This document shows, piece after piece, positions 52,400 through 64,000 of a stretch of 64,000 nt of DNA; within the stretch, counting starts at the first letter, position 1; each line of letters opens with the position of its first letter. The notes under the pieces were generated by a model that saw nothing but the letters and a program-made list of their open reading frames with translations, was not told the origin of the DNA and did no database searches. Made by a program: the position numbers and the translations under genes. Source of the DNA: Octopus sinensis. Lineage: Eukaryota. The stretch lies in the NCBI RefSeq assembly GCF_006345805.1, contig NC_043009.1:38936001-39000000 (forward strand), read 5' to 3'.

Positions 52400-54860
52400 C
52401 ATTCGTAGCAGAGTGTAGCTAGAATTGCACCGGAATCTTTAGTCATCTGTCAAGTCACAACACGAACCTCAGACATAAAACTTCTCTCAAGATGTGCGCT
52501 GTGTCCAATACGGCTGCTTTTTGCAAGACAGCAATCTTGCATGGGATTTCCAGATGTCTTAAGAAATGTTGAAGTTTCAATGGGATTGAGCCCAACGCAT
52601 CGATCACCACTGGTACCACTTTTGCATTACCCTCTCGCATTCCATTCAGTCTTGCCATTTCCATTTTCAATTCGGAGTACTTGGTGATTTTTTCAACCTC
52701 TTTACTCACAGCATCCATGTCATTTGTATGACTGCATCAATGATCTGACAGTTTGTCTCTCTTATTCAATATGACAATATCCGGTGTTCGATTACACGAT
52801 CCGTCTGAAAATCATTGTTCCAGAGTATAGTTACTTTTCTATCCTCCTGCATAACTTTACTTGGTATATGTTAATTCCAGTTCTCTGTTACTTCATACTG
52901 CTATTTACGGCATAAGAGCCAATAAAGATACACTCACAATTTATCGTGGCGGTGTTTGTGTTCTTTTTGTTCAAGGCTCTCAGATCCACCTACCAAGTGG
53001 GTCACATCTTCCCCACTCTTTACACTGAGTCACCATTTCTGGGTGTCAGAGGTTTTATAGATGTTATACTTCTCTGAATTGGTAGTGAGAGCTTGGTTTT
53101 GTGCAGCAATGATCAGGGTTTCGGGCGTACGCTTCAAATCATATCGCTCAATCCATGTACACGTTGCTGTTATATCCTTAATGTCTATACCCACTACTGT
53201 CGGGTTCATACATGGCCTCTCCTGATGGTAACCTCAATAATCTGCATGTTGCTTTCTTCCCTCTTTTCATATTAAGTACTGAGCATTTGGTAATCCCAAA
53301 TTCCATACCGATGTCCCTACCACATCTCTGGATTGTTTTGGTTAAGGAATCTATCTGTTTTACAGATTTCCCAAAAAAATTCAGGTCATCCATAAAAATA
53401 TGGTTCAATGATGGGCCTTTCTTCCCACATCGGTAACCCATCTTAACTTTCCTAAGTGTCATTGTTATGAGTATTAGTGCAATTACAAAAAGTAACGGAG
53501 AAAACGAGTCGCCTTGGCAGATTTCCCTTTTAATTTTAACTTCTCTAAGGAATACATTACTTGAGTACAATTTGGTCTTCCATTCTTTCATGCTATGTTG
53601 TCAGCAACACCAAACATCTGCAGGCATTAAACGATCCAAGAATGAAACATCATATGATATGCCTTGTTAAAGTCATTCCAAGCCATAGACATGTTTGCAT
53701 GATGTTTTTACAATGCCTCAAAACTGTTTTATCGATGACCAGGTGATCGTTGGTACCCTCAGAACTCTTCATACATCCCTTTTATTCACTTGGTAGTATT
53801 TTTTCCTGTGCCAGGAAAGCGTATGTCTTTGCCGCACATATTCCAGTGAGTATCTTCCATATCTTGTTTAGGCATGCTAGGGGACGGTAGTTTTCCATAG
53901 TATTCCCCTTTCTTCTATCTTCATTACAAGTGTTGTCCTCACAGTAACCATCCACGCTAGGATTGGCCACACTCATTCAATTGGGCTGCTAGTCTTTCAT
54001 GCACCGCGTGGCATCTCTTTAACCAGAAGCCATGAATCCCATCTTGTCCAGGGCTTTCCAGTTAGGCACTTTACCCATTGTTCTTTCACATCAACCGAGC
54101 TTATGACAATATTCCTTTGTTTCTTTCCTCCTTGTAATTCTGTCTTGATAGGTCCTATCCACAGTGCATCCCTTTTATGCACCACATTGTTTACCAATAA
54201 TCCGATCAAGAACTCTTTGGCTTGGTTTGCAACAACAGCAAGATTTTCTCCATTGTCTCCTTCTCACACTCTGAAGAATGACTTCGGGTTATTTTTGAAC
54301 AATCTGTTCTCGAACTGATTATTTCTGTTCACAAATCTTCTGATCTTCTGGCTTTTAGCCATGGTCTTCTGTTCTAACTGTTCTATTATTCCATCAAACC
54401 TTTTCTTCTGTATTTTATATTTCTTCTCTAATTTTTTCTCGGTTGGCCTTTTTCCCATTCTCCAGTTTCCTCTTAACCTATTTCTTTACTACCCACAAGG
54501 GGCTAAACACAGAGAGGACAAACAAGGACAGACAAATGGATTAAGTCGATTACATCGACCCCAGTGCGCAACTGGTACTTAATTTATCGACCCCGAAAGG
54601 CAAAGTCGACCTCGGCGGAATTTGAACTCAGAACGTAACGGCAGACGAAATACGGCTACGCATTTCGCCCGGCGTGATAACGTTTCTGCCAGCTCGCCGC
54701 CTTTTCCTCTTAACCATTGCTCAATTCTTCCTAGATCTTGCCTTGCCCGCATTATATCCCTTTCAATGCGTCGTTTCCACCATGGTTCTTTTGCTCCACC
54801 ATTATTTGTTCATGAGTCGTTCGTGGAGTTCCCATGGGAGTTGTTATTGAGATCCCATCT
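52400..54860 (-). mobile_element. R4/Dong-clade LINE (RT plus REL), 5'-truncated, decayed and internally deleted
   Basis: EPWWKRRIE, NYRPLACLNKIWKILTGI, QGDSFSPLLF, HIFMDDL, DIGMEFGITKC, PETLIIAAQNQA, PDIVILNK, VVPVVIDALG, LQKAAVLDTAHILREVL; (AGT)n(AAT)n tail. Confidence 0.95.
54479..54701 (-). mobile_element. SINE family A inserted into the LINE
   Basis: 13-bp TSD tttcctcttaacc at 54466-54478 and 54703-54715. Confidence 0.95.
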
Positions 54861-54919
54861 CTCTCTTTCTCTCTTTATTTGTATATAGACATGCAATTGT
54901 ATGTACATACATAAATAAG

Positions 54920-55150
54920 GTGCTTGCATTGTGTCGCCTCCTTAAACACAGTGATTATCGTTACCACCACCTTCTACCTATAGCATTTAAAATTATCAAT
55001 ATTAATCTCAGTGCCGGTATATTGCAGCAGATCTTCGTCCCTATTTATCAAATACTCAGCAAGCGTTCTCCTTTCACACCTTATACAATGGTCTATACTA
55101 AACCTTCCTCTGCCACCATTCTTTCTTTTCATATATAGTCTGTTTACATT
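54920..55150 (-). mobile_element. Additional R4/Dong-clade fragment (RT thumb region)
   Basis: ANVNRLYMKRKNGGRG..SIDHCIRCE matches the ADVDRLY...GGRGL motif. Confidence 0.8.
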
Positions 55151-55451
55151 TGCAGTTAACACTTAATACTATATTTTGCGATCCCTGCATGAATGGTAAT
55201 CCGGGGGCCAATCTCAACTAATTTTTAGTCACTTCACAATCGTTGGTTTTATAACCGTCTTGAAAGTAGGAGAAAGAAGAACACACCAAATTCTACTGGT
55301 CTGTAAATACGTCCGGTAGATGGCAAGGAGTTCAGCGGGGGGCATTCCTGTGCGATAAGCAGACAAGTGAGGGGGTCAGCAGAGGTCAAATGTGCTTAAA
55401 CTACTAACGATCAATGAGAGTGCTGACATTGTTCTATTTTTAATTACCTAA

Positions 55452-55488
<37 letters not shown>

Positions 55489-55651
55489 CCAACACCACCA
55501 CCACCAACAACAACGACAACAATGATAATAATATATATGTAACTTTTGAATTTCTGAGTTTTAAAAATAAATTATCTTTTCCTTTTATAAGTTTTACTGT
55601 GGTTTATAGTTTTTGAAATTGTGCAGTTGGTTTATATTGGCAGATGCTTAC

Positions 55652-55811
55652 CTTCTTAATTTAGAAAGTAAAACAATTTTTCTAGAGATGTTAGTTTGTA
55701 TGTCCGACCAGAAAAACTGTAGTGTTTTGCAATAAATTTGTGTTGTGTAATAGTGTGTATTAATTTTCCCCGACTCTGTACTAGATATTGTTGTAATCTT
55801 ACACTGGACAT
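55652..55811 (-). CDS. Candidate 160-nt exon (phase 1 to 2), unknown product
   Basis: Acceptor tttcttgtttacatttcaag and donor gtaagc; only the phase-1 frame is open: (N)VQCKITTISSTESGKINTHYYTTQIYCKTLQFFWSDIQTNISRKIVLLSKLR. Confidence 0.35.
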
Positions 55812-56234
55812 CTTGAAATGTAAACAAGAAACGTATTGAAATAAATCTTTATAAATCATTTAAATGTATCAAATTTACAAACTCATTTTTTCCTGGCAGA
55901 CAGATGTATATATAAATCTATGATAACTTGATGTTTTCGACAGTGGATAGAAAATACAGTACTAGACGTGTGTTGCACTTTTTACACAGTGCAGCACAAA
56001 AACAGTGATGCACGATAATAGGCGAAACATCATGAACACAATATGTTAATAGCTTTCCAAGAATAAGCAAATTTCTAAGATCTCCATGTCAATTTCAAAC
56101 CATATTTTTGCTTGATGAGAGCATTCTCTCATAGTTTTGTCTTTAATCTCATGCATGTATTTGCGTTGTTCATATTTCTGCTGTTTTCACGTCTTATTCC
56201 TCGCATATTTAGCCGTATACAAACAGAAACTCAC

Positions 56235-56251
56235 TTCTGCCATTGTCTTTG
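56235..56251 (-). CDS. Candidate 17-nt microexon (phase 2 to 1)
   Basis: aaaattttcattgaccag|CAAAGACAATGGCAGAA|gtgagt; links 57110 and 55811 in frame. Confidence 0.3.
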
Positions 56252-57109
56252 CTGGTCAATGAAAATTTTTATATAATACTAATAGCTAATGTGGTGCTAA
56301 ATTATTCTAAGATACCCATCGGGATTATTTGTACAATTACTCACTTTTATTTTACCCTTACCCCATATACACACGATTACCAATTCTAGAGAAGTCTGAG
56401 AGTGTTTATACAAATGCTTTGGAGATGAGTATGACGAGTTTCCAGATGCAGCTTAGCAAAAAAACGCATGTAACACATCCTGATACAGACAAGCGACAGA
56501 GGCTTACATGCACATATATATACACATATGTTCACACACAGAGACACTTACACACATATACTTTTGTGTTAATAAATGTAAGGGAAAGTACTCGATAGTA
56601 AAGTGAGGATGACGATAATTCATTTCGACTGATGCAGTTGACTATTTTATTGAAGTTTCCAAGAAATAAAACCAATTCAATGGGTAAAATGAAATGATAA
56701 AGTAAGGAAAGACAGACCTCTCCCGATAACAATAGATGGATAAAAGCACAGGATTGGTTGATCAAGGTATGCCAACAGGAGAGAAATGTTTGATTAAAAC
56801 AGCAACTATTAACACAGACTACGCAAACAGGCTTTACCACTGAGTCAGCAGAAAAATAGGTAAAACAAAAGTCGAAAAGATATAGGAAAAACAGAGAGAA
56901 AAGTTCAGTAGGTGGGTTGTATCCAAGGTTCGATGTCATTCCTACACTTAGAAATTACTGCTAGGTCGCAGTGTAGTAAATATTTTAGAAGAAAAGCGAA
57001 ATGTTAACCGTCGTAAATCGTAAGCAATTTCGATGGTGAAATACTGAAATGGTCAAATGAGCTGGTAAAGGTGGAATATAAGGTATGTTTGGGGGAGGAT
57101 AATGCTTAC

Positions 57110-57198
57110 TATGGTTTCAAAAACCCAAAGAATATCAGATTCCAATACAAAATATGAAATACTAGGACCAAGGTTGGGTATAAAAAATGCAATGTCAT
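57110..57198 (-). CDS. Candidate first coding exon with a hydrophobic, signal-like N-terminus
   Basis: MTLHFLYPTLVLVFHILYWNLIFFGFLKP; in-frame stop 15 nt upstream; donor gtaagc, phase 2. Confidence 0.25.
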
Positions 57199-57699
57199 GC
57201 TCAGGTTTTGTGTTCATTTGCCACTTCAGGACTCTGCACTGCACAAATGATCTTTTCGACCTTTTCAGAGCGATACACACTATAAGTAGTTTCTGTTGCA
57301 GCATTTACAATCTGGGTGTTGCCTATCTACACTAAACCTGCCGTACAATGAAATACAGTGCACTATCACAATACAACGCAATACAGCATAATGTCATGTG
57401 GTAAATACGTGCTACATGAAACTATACAGCATAAACAAGTCTAAATCCAATACTCTAATTGACTCCATTACGTAGAATGTGAAGTGCAAATCGAATTGAC
57501 AGTTGACAGAGAACAGAATACAAAAGTTGAACTTGCAGAATCTCAGGATTCCGAAATACACAATTTCATGTTAGCATAGTACATAATATAAAATTCAACG
57601 TCTTGAATTCTGTACTAAAAGCATAGAATATCGATGTCACAATGGATAGAGGTGTTCTTATTAGCAATGAAATAAAATGTCGCGTCTGCATGGTCACGA

Positions 57700-58160
57700 A
57701 CTAAATAAATACCCATTACTCCAGTGAACGTATCCAGCTGCCATAAGTCCGCGGATTATGTGTATTCCCGTTGAATCGTCCGAGCCGATTCAGTTTGCTG
57801 TTCGGGCAAATAACGAGTGTAGTTTTGATGTGTAGCATATTCCGGACCTTAGAGGACAAGGGACATAAATGTTCAAGTACCTGATGGAGCTCAGGACTAG
57901 AAGAGTAGACTTTTGGCAAAATACTGAAATTTTTCGCTGGTGTATTCCTAGTACACTATCCGAGTGTTTCAAAAGTAGCGATTGTGAGAAGAGAAAGAAA
58001 GTTTAAAGGGAAGAGGTTGATAGTAAGTTGTGTTTCGAGTCCTAGGACCATTTACTATGGCGAATAAGTCACCCAAAATCGCAAGATTTACCTTGGACAG
58101 AACGTCAATTCGTCGTAAGGCTATTATATACGGCTGAGTAGACCGGAGCAACATGAGTGC
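57700..58160 (-). mobile_element. Possible LINE AP-endonuclease remnant
   Basis: VNLAILGDLFA resembles the ILGDFNA motif; locally higher GC; broken frames. Confidence 0.3.
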
Positions 58161-58700
58161 CGCATACTAAGCATTATGCCGTGCGTTTGTACACACGATA
58201 GTACATGTTATGAAATTGTACGCATATTTAAACCCTTCCTATATTCCTCAGTTTGCAGGCCGAATTCCAGTAAAAAACATAGTTATATTTAAACAAACAT
58301 AACTTCAATTTTCTTAAGGTCACTTACTTCATATTCGGTATGTTCCTTTGCGCCTCTGCTTTTAGTGCCACACCCGGCATATGTTCTCGCTTTCGTGGTT
58401 ACACATGCAGACTACCATGCAGAAGGGGTGTGGTATCTAATAAAACTTCTGTGTATATGAGAACCACAAAATTATTACATACCAGCTATAGTGGAATAAA
58501 AAAAGAAGTAAAGGAACAACAATAGCAGAAACAATAATTCTGTTACCTGTTACGTTGTTACCTTTTACTTCGGGGTGTCGTCTTGAAGGAATTAGTCGAA
58601 TAAATCAGCTCCAGTTTTTATATTTTTAAGATTGCTACCTATTCTAGCGCTCTCTTTTCCAAACCGATAAGGTATGTACACGCACACACAAACACACGCA

Positions 58701-58731
<31 letters not shown>

Positions 58732-58736
58732 TAACA

Positions 58737-58773
<37 letters not shown>

Positions 58774-59074
58774 ACACACACAAATGCACAAACACACAGA
58801 CATAGACACAGACACACACAGAGATAAATATTCTTTATTTAAATGAGACAATACATACCTTTAAATGCTACTAAAAGTTTCATATGTTTAGAAATTTCTC
58901 AAACATATATAATCATCAGGCAGAAACCACATATTATAACGAACTACAAAAATTGAATGAGAGAAGAAACGTGAAAAAATTGAAAAGGCAGCATATAAAA
59001 AACCTGGAAGGGTAAAAAAACGGAAAACGACAAACGGAAAGCGAAAACACAAAAACTAAAACGTAAAATGTAAA

Positions 59075-59245
59075 AAAAAATGTGTGCGTATATGATGGGC
59101 TTCAACAAAGTTTTCGTTTACAACATTTGTTTCGCAAGAAATCGTTCGGCGCGGGGCGATAATAGAAAGCACATGGCCAAAGTGCCAAGCAGTGGAATTG
59201 AACCTGAACCCGCGTGGTTACAAAATGAGCTTCTTAACCACACAA
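59075..59245 (-). mobile_element. SINE family B-like 5' fragment
   Basis: gtgccaagcagtggaattgaacc...gcttcttaaccacac is the reverse complement of the family B head. Confidence 0.65.
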
Positions 59246-60184
59246 CGTGTCTTCAATATTTCGTTTTCTTTTTTCTTCACCAAATTGTATTTTTTGGAAG
59301 CATAATATGTTTGGTATATGCTGTAACAATTCTTTAATTGTTACAAAGTTGAAGGAATAGCAACGCAACATTCAGTTGAAACAATCCTTTCTCTTTCCCC
59401 AGATATTTTGCAATACCACATAAGTAATCGACTCGATAACAATAATTCATTTGTAAGGATGAAGACAGAAACCAGCGCGAGGAAAATATAATTATTTTCA
59501 GTTATTTATTTAACTACCGTCCAAACATATCTCGGAATTTCTCGGAAATAAATAAAAAAAAAGTAATAACTTTAAGTCAAAATTTACTTTCTAGAAACAT
59601 CCAGAAAATGTTATTTTCATATATGGCGGATTAGCATTTCGTTCACTCTAAAAGAAATTAGAAACGCATAAACTGTAATCGTGTTACTTTTTAAAAGCTT
59701 TAAATTGAATTTTATATTTTCAGTGATGTTATCTTTTTGACTGAAGATTTTAAAATGAGTTCTTAATTCTGAATTTATCCCTTCTAACAATTTACCACCA
59801 ACTGCTAGTAATCTTTAATGGAAATCACTTCACTTAGAGTGTAATATTCTTTAAAAGCTACGAAAAGTTTACGATTCTATAGCCCTTTTAATTTTGTTGA
59901 CGTTGTAAATTTTATTTTTTATTGTAATAAAATAATGGGCAGATTTATGGATAGTGAATATATTTGAGAAAATAGAAATTATAGATATGTTTAAAATAGT
60001 TCACATCGGAATAAACTCTACTCCATTATGATAGCATGATAGAAATATGAGCTGCACACAGGAACATCTGTGCTTCTCCTTGGCAAACATATTCCAAGAT
60101 AAAGAATTTTTTTTGTATTTAATTTAACCTTACGCCATTCTTATTTCAATACTTGTTAATGTACATTTTTAAGTTTTCGTCAAT

Positions 60185-60332
60185 ATGAACTCCGTTGTAT
60201 GTATGTATGTATGTATGTATGTATGTATGTATGTATGTATGCATGTATGCATGTATGCATGTAAGCATGTATGCATGTATGTATGTATGTATGCATGTAC
60301 GTATGTATGTATATATATATATATATATATAA

Positions 60333-60374
<42 letters not shown>

Positions 60375-60385
60375 TGTGTGTGTGT
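60185..60385. repeat. (TATG)n(TA)n(GA)n(TG)n microsatellite
   Basis: Directly visible. Confidence 0.95.
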
Positions 60386-61192
60386 TTTGAAAACAGAGTT
60401 TCATATAAATGTATTATTTTTTAAATATTAATTTTACTTTTACATACAATTACTGCGAGTCATAGGTCGGTTCAAATGAAGATTGCGGGAGGAAATGGGA
60501 AAATAATTTATCGTACCGATATGGCTCGGAAGATGCCAACTGTGAACTGAACAGTTGCCAAGGTCATTATTACCGTCTATCCCGAACATGATAACTACTG
60601 ATAGCAGAGGATCGATTTAATGCAGTATATCGCATATCCTCGTTTAGTGACAATTTGTTTTCATCGATCGCGTTCAAATTTGCTATGCTTTGAGTAAAAC
60701 GTTTCTTTAAATCAAAACATCTGACATGCATTTCTTCCATTCCTGTAATATCAGCAGTATCAATAAATTGAAATTTTCTTTATTATATTTTTGTTGAAAA
60801 AAACTCAGTGAGTTAAAACTAATAATGTATTTTATTTCGTTTTTGAAAAGTGACACATCAACAGCATCGAAATCTGGTTGTTTTTTTTTTCCTTGTGCTC
60901 GCCAAAATATAAGATGCTGCGATTTTGAAATTATTGTCTTCAGACACTAAATCAATTACAGGGGTGGTTTCACAGAAATGTGTCAATCACGTTGTTTTGC
61001 GCTATCCCTTTAAGAACTTTATGCTCAGTTCAAATTCTACCAATGCCACTCTCGTCATCATTCTGCAGATGGTCAATAAGGTCAAAGTAGCGATCAAGTA
61101 TTGGGCTACTTTTGTTGATTGACTCCTCTACCCAAATTTGTAGCGTTATGCTTATGTATGAACTTATAATACATACTCTTCTGTAGTATTAC

Positions 61193-61433
61193 AGTTTATT
61201 TATTTCTTTATTGCCCACAGGGGGCTAAACATAGAGAGGACAAACAAGGACAAACAAAGGGATTAAGTTGATTACATCGACCCAAGTGCGTAACTGGTAC
61301 TTAATTTTTCGACCCCGAAATGATGAAAGACTAAGTCGACCTCAGCTGAATTTGAACTCACAACGTAACGGCAGACGAAATACCGCTAAACATTTCGCCC
61401 GGCGTGCTAACGTTTCTGTCAGCTCGCCGCCTT
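61193..61433 (-). mobile_element. SINE family A, full length
   Basis: 17-bp TSD ctcttctgtagtattac at 61176-61192 and 61434-61450. Confidence 0.95.
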
Positions 61434-61699
61434 CTCTTCTGTAGTATTACTTTTTATTGCGTGATTCCACACTACAACGAAGCCCACGTCTATGGCCTTT
61501 TGAGACACTCAGTTAGTTTTCCGCTTCTTTTATTACAGTGATTTAATTTGTATTGACGGGCCCTTTCTAATATAAATGCATGGTCTAATAGTGCTATTTT
61601 CGGAAAATCGAAAACAGCAAAGAAAATACTACCAGTGACTGGCTGTGCGAGAGAGAAATAAGCAGGTTATTATGATCTTCCCTTCGTATTTTATGGATA

Positions 61700-63450
61700 C
61701 ATGTGCTCGTATATGTCCGACTAAGCCCCTTTTCTTTTGACAATGTTGGGCATATTTCTATGTCCTGTCGTTTTGACTGCATTTGTATGCTTATTAGTAC
61801 ATCTAGTTTAAAAGGAGCGTTTCTATTTTCAGTTTCTGCATTCTGGTTAACTCTATTATCAGGTCTGTATATCGGGATAATTTATGTATAGATACATTAC
61901 AGTCTGTTGAGACTGATAATTCGATTAGTGGAATAATGGAATTTCTTTTATTGTCACTCCATGCCACAACTATTTGCCAATAAATTTTTATTTCTGTGTA
62001 TTAGCATATCCCAAAGTGCGGTCTTTTCATTATTCTATAAGACTTTTTTCCGCTGTATATCAACGTGAAATTGAGTTGGTATATCTTCCAGCTAGATGTC
62101 TTTCGCTGAGGCTGGGTACCTGAGACAATTGTTTCGTCTGCTGTAATTTTACTCATTCGGATTCATTACATTCTTCTGGTGATCTTTAGAGGAGAGGCTT
62201 TCATCTTCTGCCAGAGACAAGGATGCAGACGACAAAAAACAATACCCAAGCTAGAGTCTCAGGTTTGAGATCTGCATTTCTTACACAGTGTTACAAGTTT
62301 TTTCTGCATATGTTTCCACACTGGTTAATTTTTTGCAAGTGCGGTCTATTTCGCCGTTGTAAGGCATGCGGAATGTATTTCACAATACCTATATTCTTAC
62401 GAACTCAGTAATGAGTCCATTCTGAGCTTTGAATATTCGAGAAGTATGAATATTCGAATATCTAAATGTTTACGGCCATACGTTTAACAATCTCGGGCGC
62501 ATTAAAACATTTTAATTGATCTTTATTGGATAATGCTTTAATACCCTGTTCTGCTTCCTGAATTGAGAATTCAACTATAGTTGTAAAACAATTTTAAAAA
62601 TTACAATCAGTGTTGTTTCAGTTGAGGTCTTCAAATACACTCTTTATTTTCTCTTTAGCCTTCCTACTTCTTTTAATCCCAACTTTAGAATATCATAACT
62701 GAAGTAGTTATCATCTTCGAAGCAATACCTCTATCTCTCTTTCAGGCATTCATCTAGTGCGTCAAAAATATTTCAACTTTTATTCGTCTTACTCAAGTAC
62801 ATTGATTGCTAAGTATTTTTGGCCTATGCTTTATATAATTCTCATGTCTAAGATTCTCTACCTAGCACGAAATTGTATGACCTTAATGAATTCTCCTTTT
62901 CAAGTTTTCCTTGTCGTATTTTCTCGCTCTGAATCTTATAACAATTCCCTTATTGAATGGGCTTGTAGTTCGTGGCAGAGGTTTTAATTGTCTATAATTT
63001 GCATGGTACAAGATGAGGTTATCCATTTCCAACAATAGTTAACTGTCTTTTGAAAACAACAACCAAGTGCCGATGGTCGACTTCACCGAAGCCAGATTTA
63101 TTAAACACTCTCTCTACGCTTTATCTTAGGTTTGGAGATTGTCATGGATAGATCTGCAAGAAATCTATCTGTCCAATATTTTAAACTTCCCGTTTTGGAC
63201 ATCCATTCATGTTTGCATCATTCGGCGGAAGAGCTTCCTCTAAACATTTCATGCTGCTGAAACTGCTCCCAGGCAACTGCCAGTTCGACAGCTGTCGTCA
63301 AAAGAAGAGGGAATAAATTGGACCATATGCATATCCATAAAGCACGAAGGATAGATCATAACACGCTGGTTGTTTGCCTCTTTCACAACCAATCACTGCA
63401 ATTTGCTTATTATTCTTATTTGGATCACATTTGCCTTATGAGAGTGTGAG
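61700..63450 (-). mobile_element. Heavily decayed RTE-like LINE ORF
   Basis: Broken frames with EFSIQEAEQGIKAL, IPHALQRRNRPHLQKINQCG (resembles YNALL.NRI.P....L..NQNGF) and RSPEEC (resembles VRSPDGDT). May extend to the window end. Confidence 0.55.
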
Positions 63451-64000
63451 GCAATCAGAATTGTCTTTCAGTTGTAAATATGAGTCACAGTGAAAACTTA
63501 TTAAATATTTTGATAGCTGTTGGGTATATTTACACACAAGAACTGCATATTGCAAGACAATTTCCTTGGTGTATGTTGCGATTGTGCATTGGTTCTGCAA
63601 AAGAAGACTAGTTTCATATATTTTCATTAAAGTCTGTATTCGACACATCTATTCATGTAAATGTGTTTAACTTAAGTCCTTGAAAGACCTGGCGAGAAAA
63701 TATATATCAAATATATTGCCCACTGCATAGTAATCAGTGAAGTTATAAATATCAACAAGCACGTGATTAATGTATAGAAGGATTAGCGTAAGGAACATCA
63801 CCAAACATTGGACTTTACCAGAATTGATATAAAATATATGTCAGAGAGAGTCCGATCACAAAACACGACAGTGGAATGTCATTCCCTGAAACTGAGAAAG
63901 CAGGGATCTGTATCTCTAAGGCAGGATGCTTAGCCAAAAGCCTATTCAAGCCGAAACCCGAGTTAAAGGGTTTGGTGATGCTAAGGACAATAACCTTGTC

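Overview
AT-rich, microsatellite-dense eukaryotic DNA that looks intronic or intergenic. The repeat content resembles an octopod cephalopod genome; this is my inference from recognising the SINE and retroelement types, not a database match. I cannot support any long host-gene ORF, and most ORFs in the track are translations of (TA)n, (TATG)n, (ATCT)n, (AAT)n or (CA)n repeats. Well supported: two decayed mariner transposons, R4/Dong-clade LINE fragments, a decayed RTE-like LINE, two Penelope-like elements (PLEs) with GIY-YIG domains, about 18 tRNA-derived SINE copies of at least 4 families (several with exact target-site duplications, TSDs), three Helentron/DINE-1-like elements and pogo-like MITEs. 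The most distinctive signal is a set of short fold-back (inverted-duplicated) modules embedded in (TA)n tracts. Several of them belong to PLE-type tail families carrying type I hammerhead ribozyme motifs, and a complete hammerhead can be reconstructed from copies at 49.5 kb and 34.4 kb. Three low-confidence spliced gene candidates made of short exons are also flagged. Repeat boundaries were read by eye and are approximate unless a TSD or TIR is quoted.
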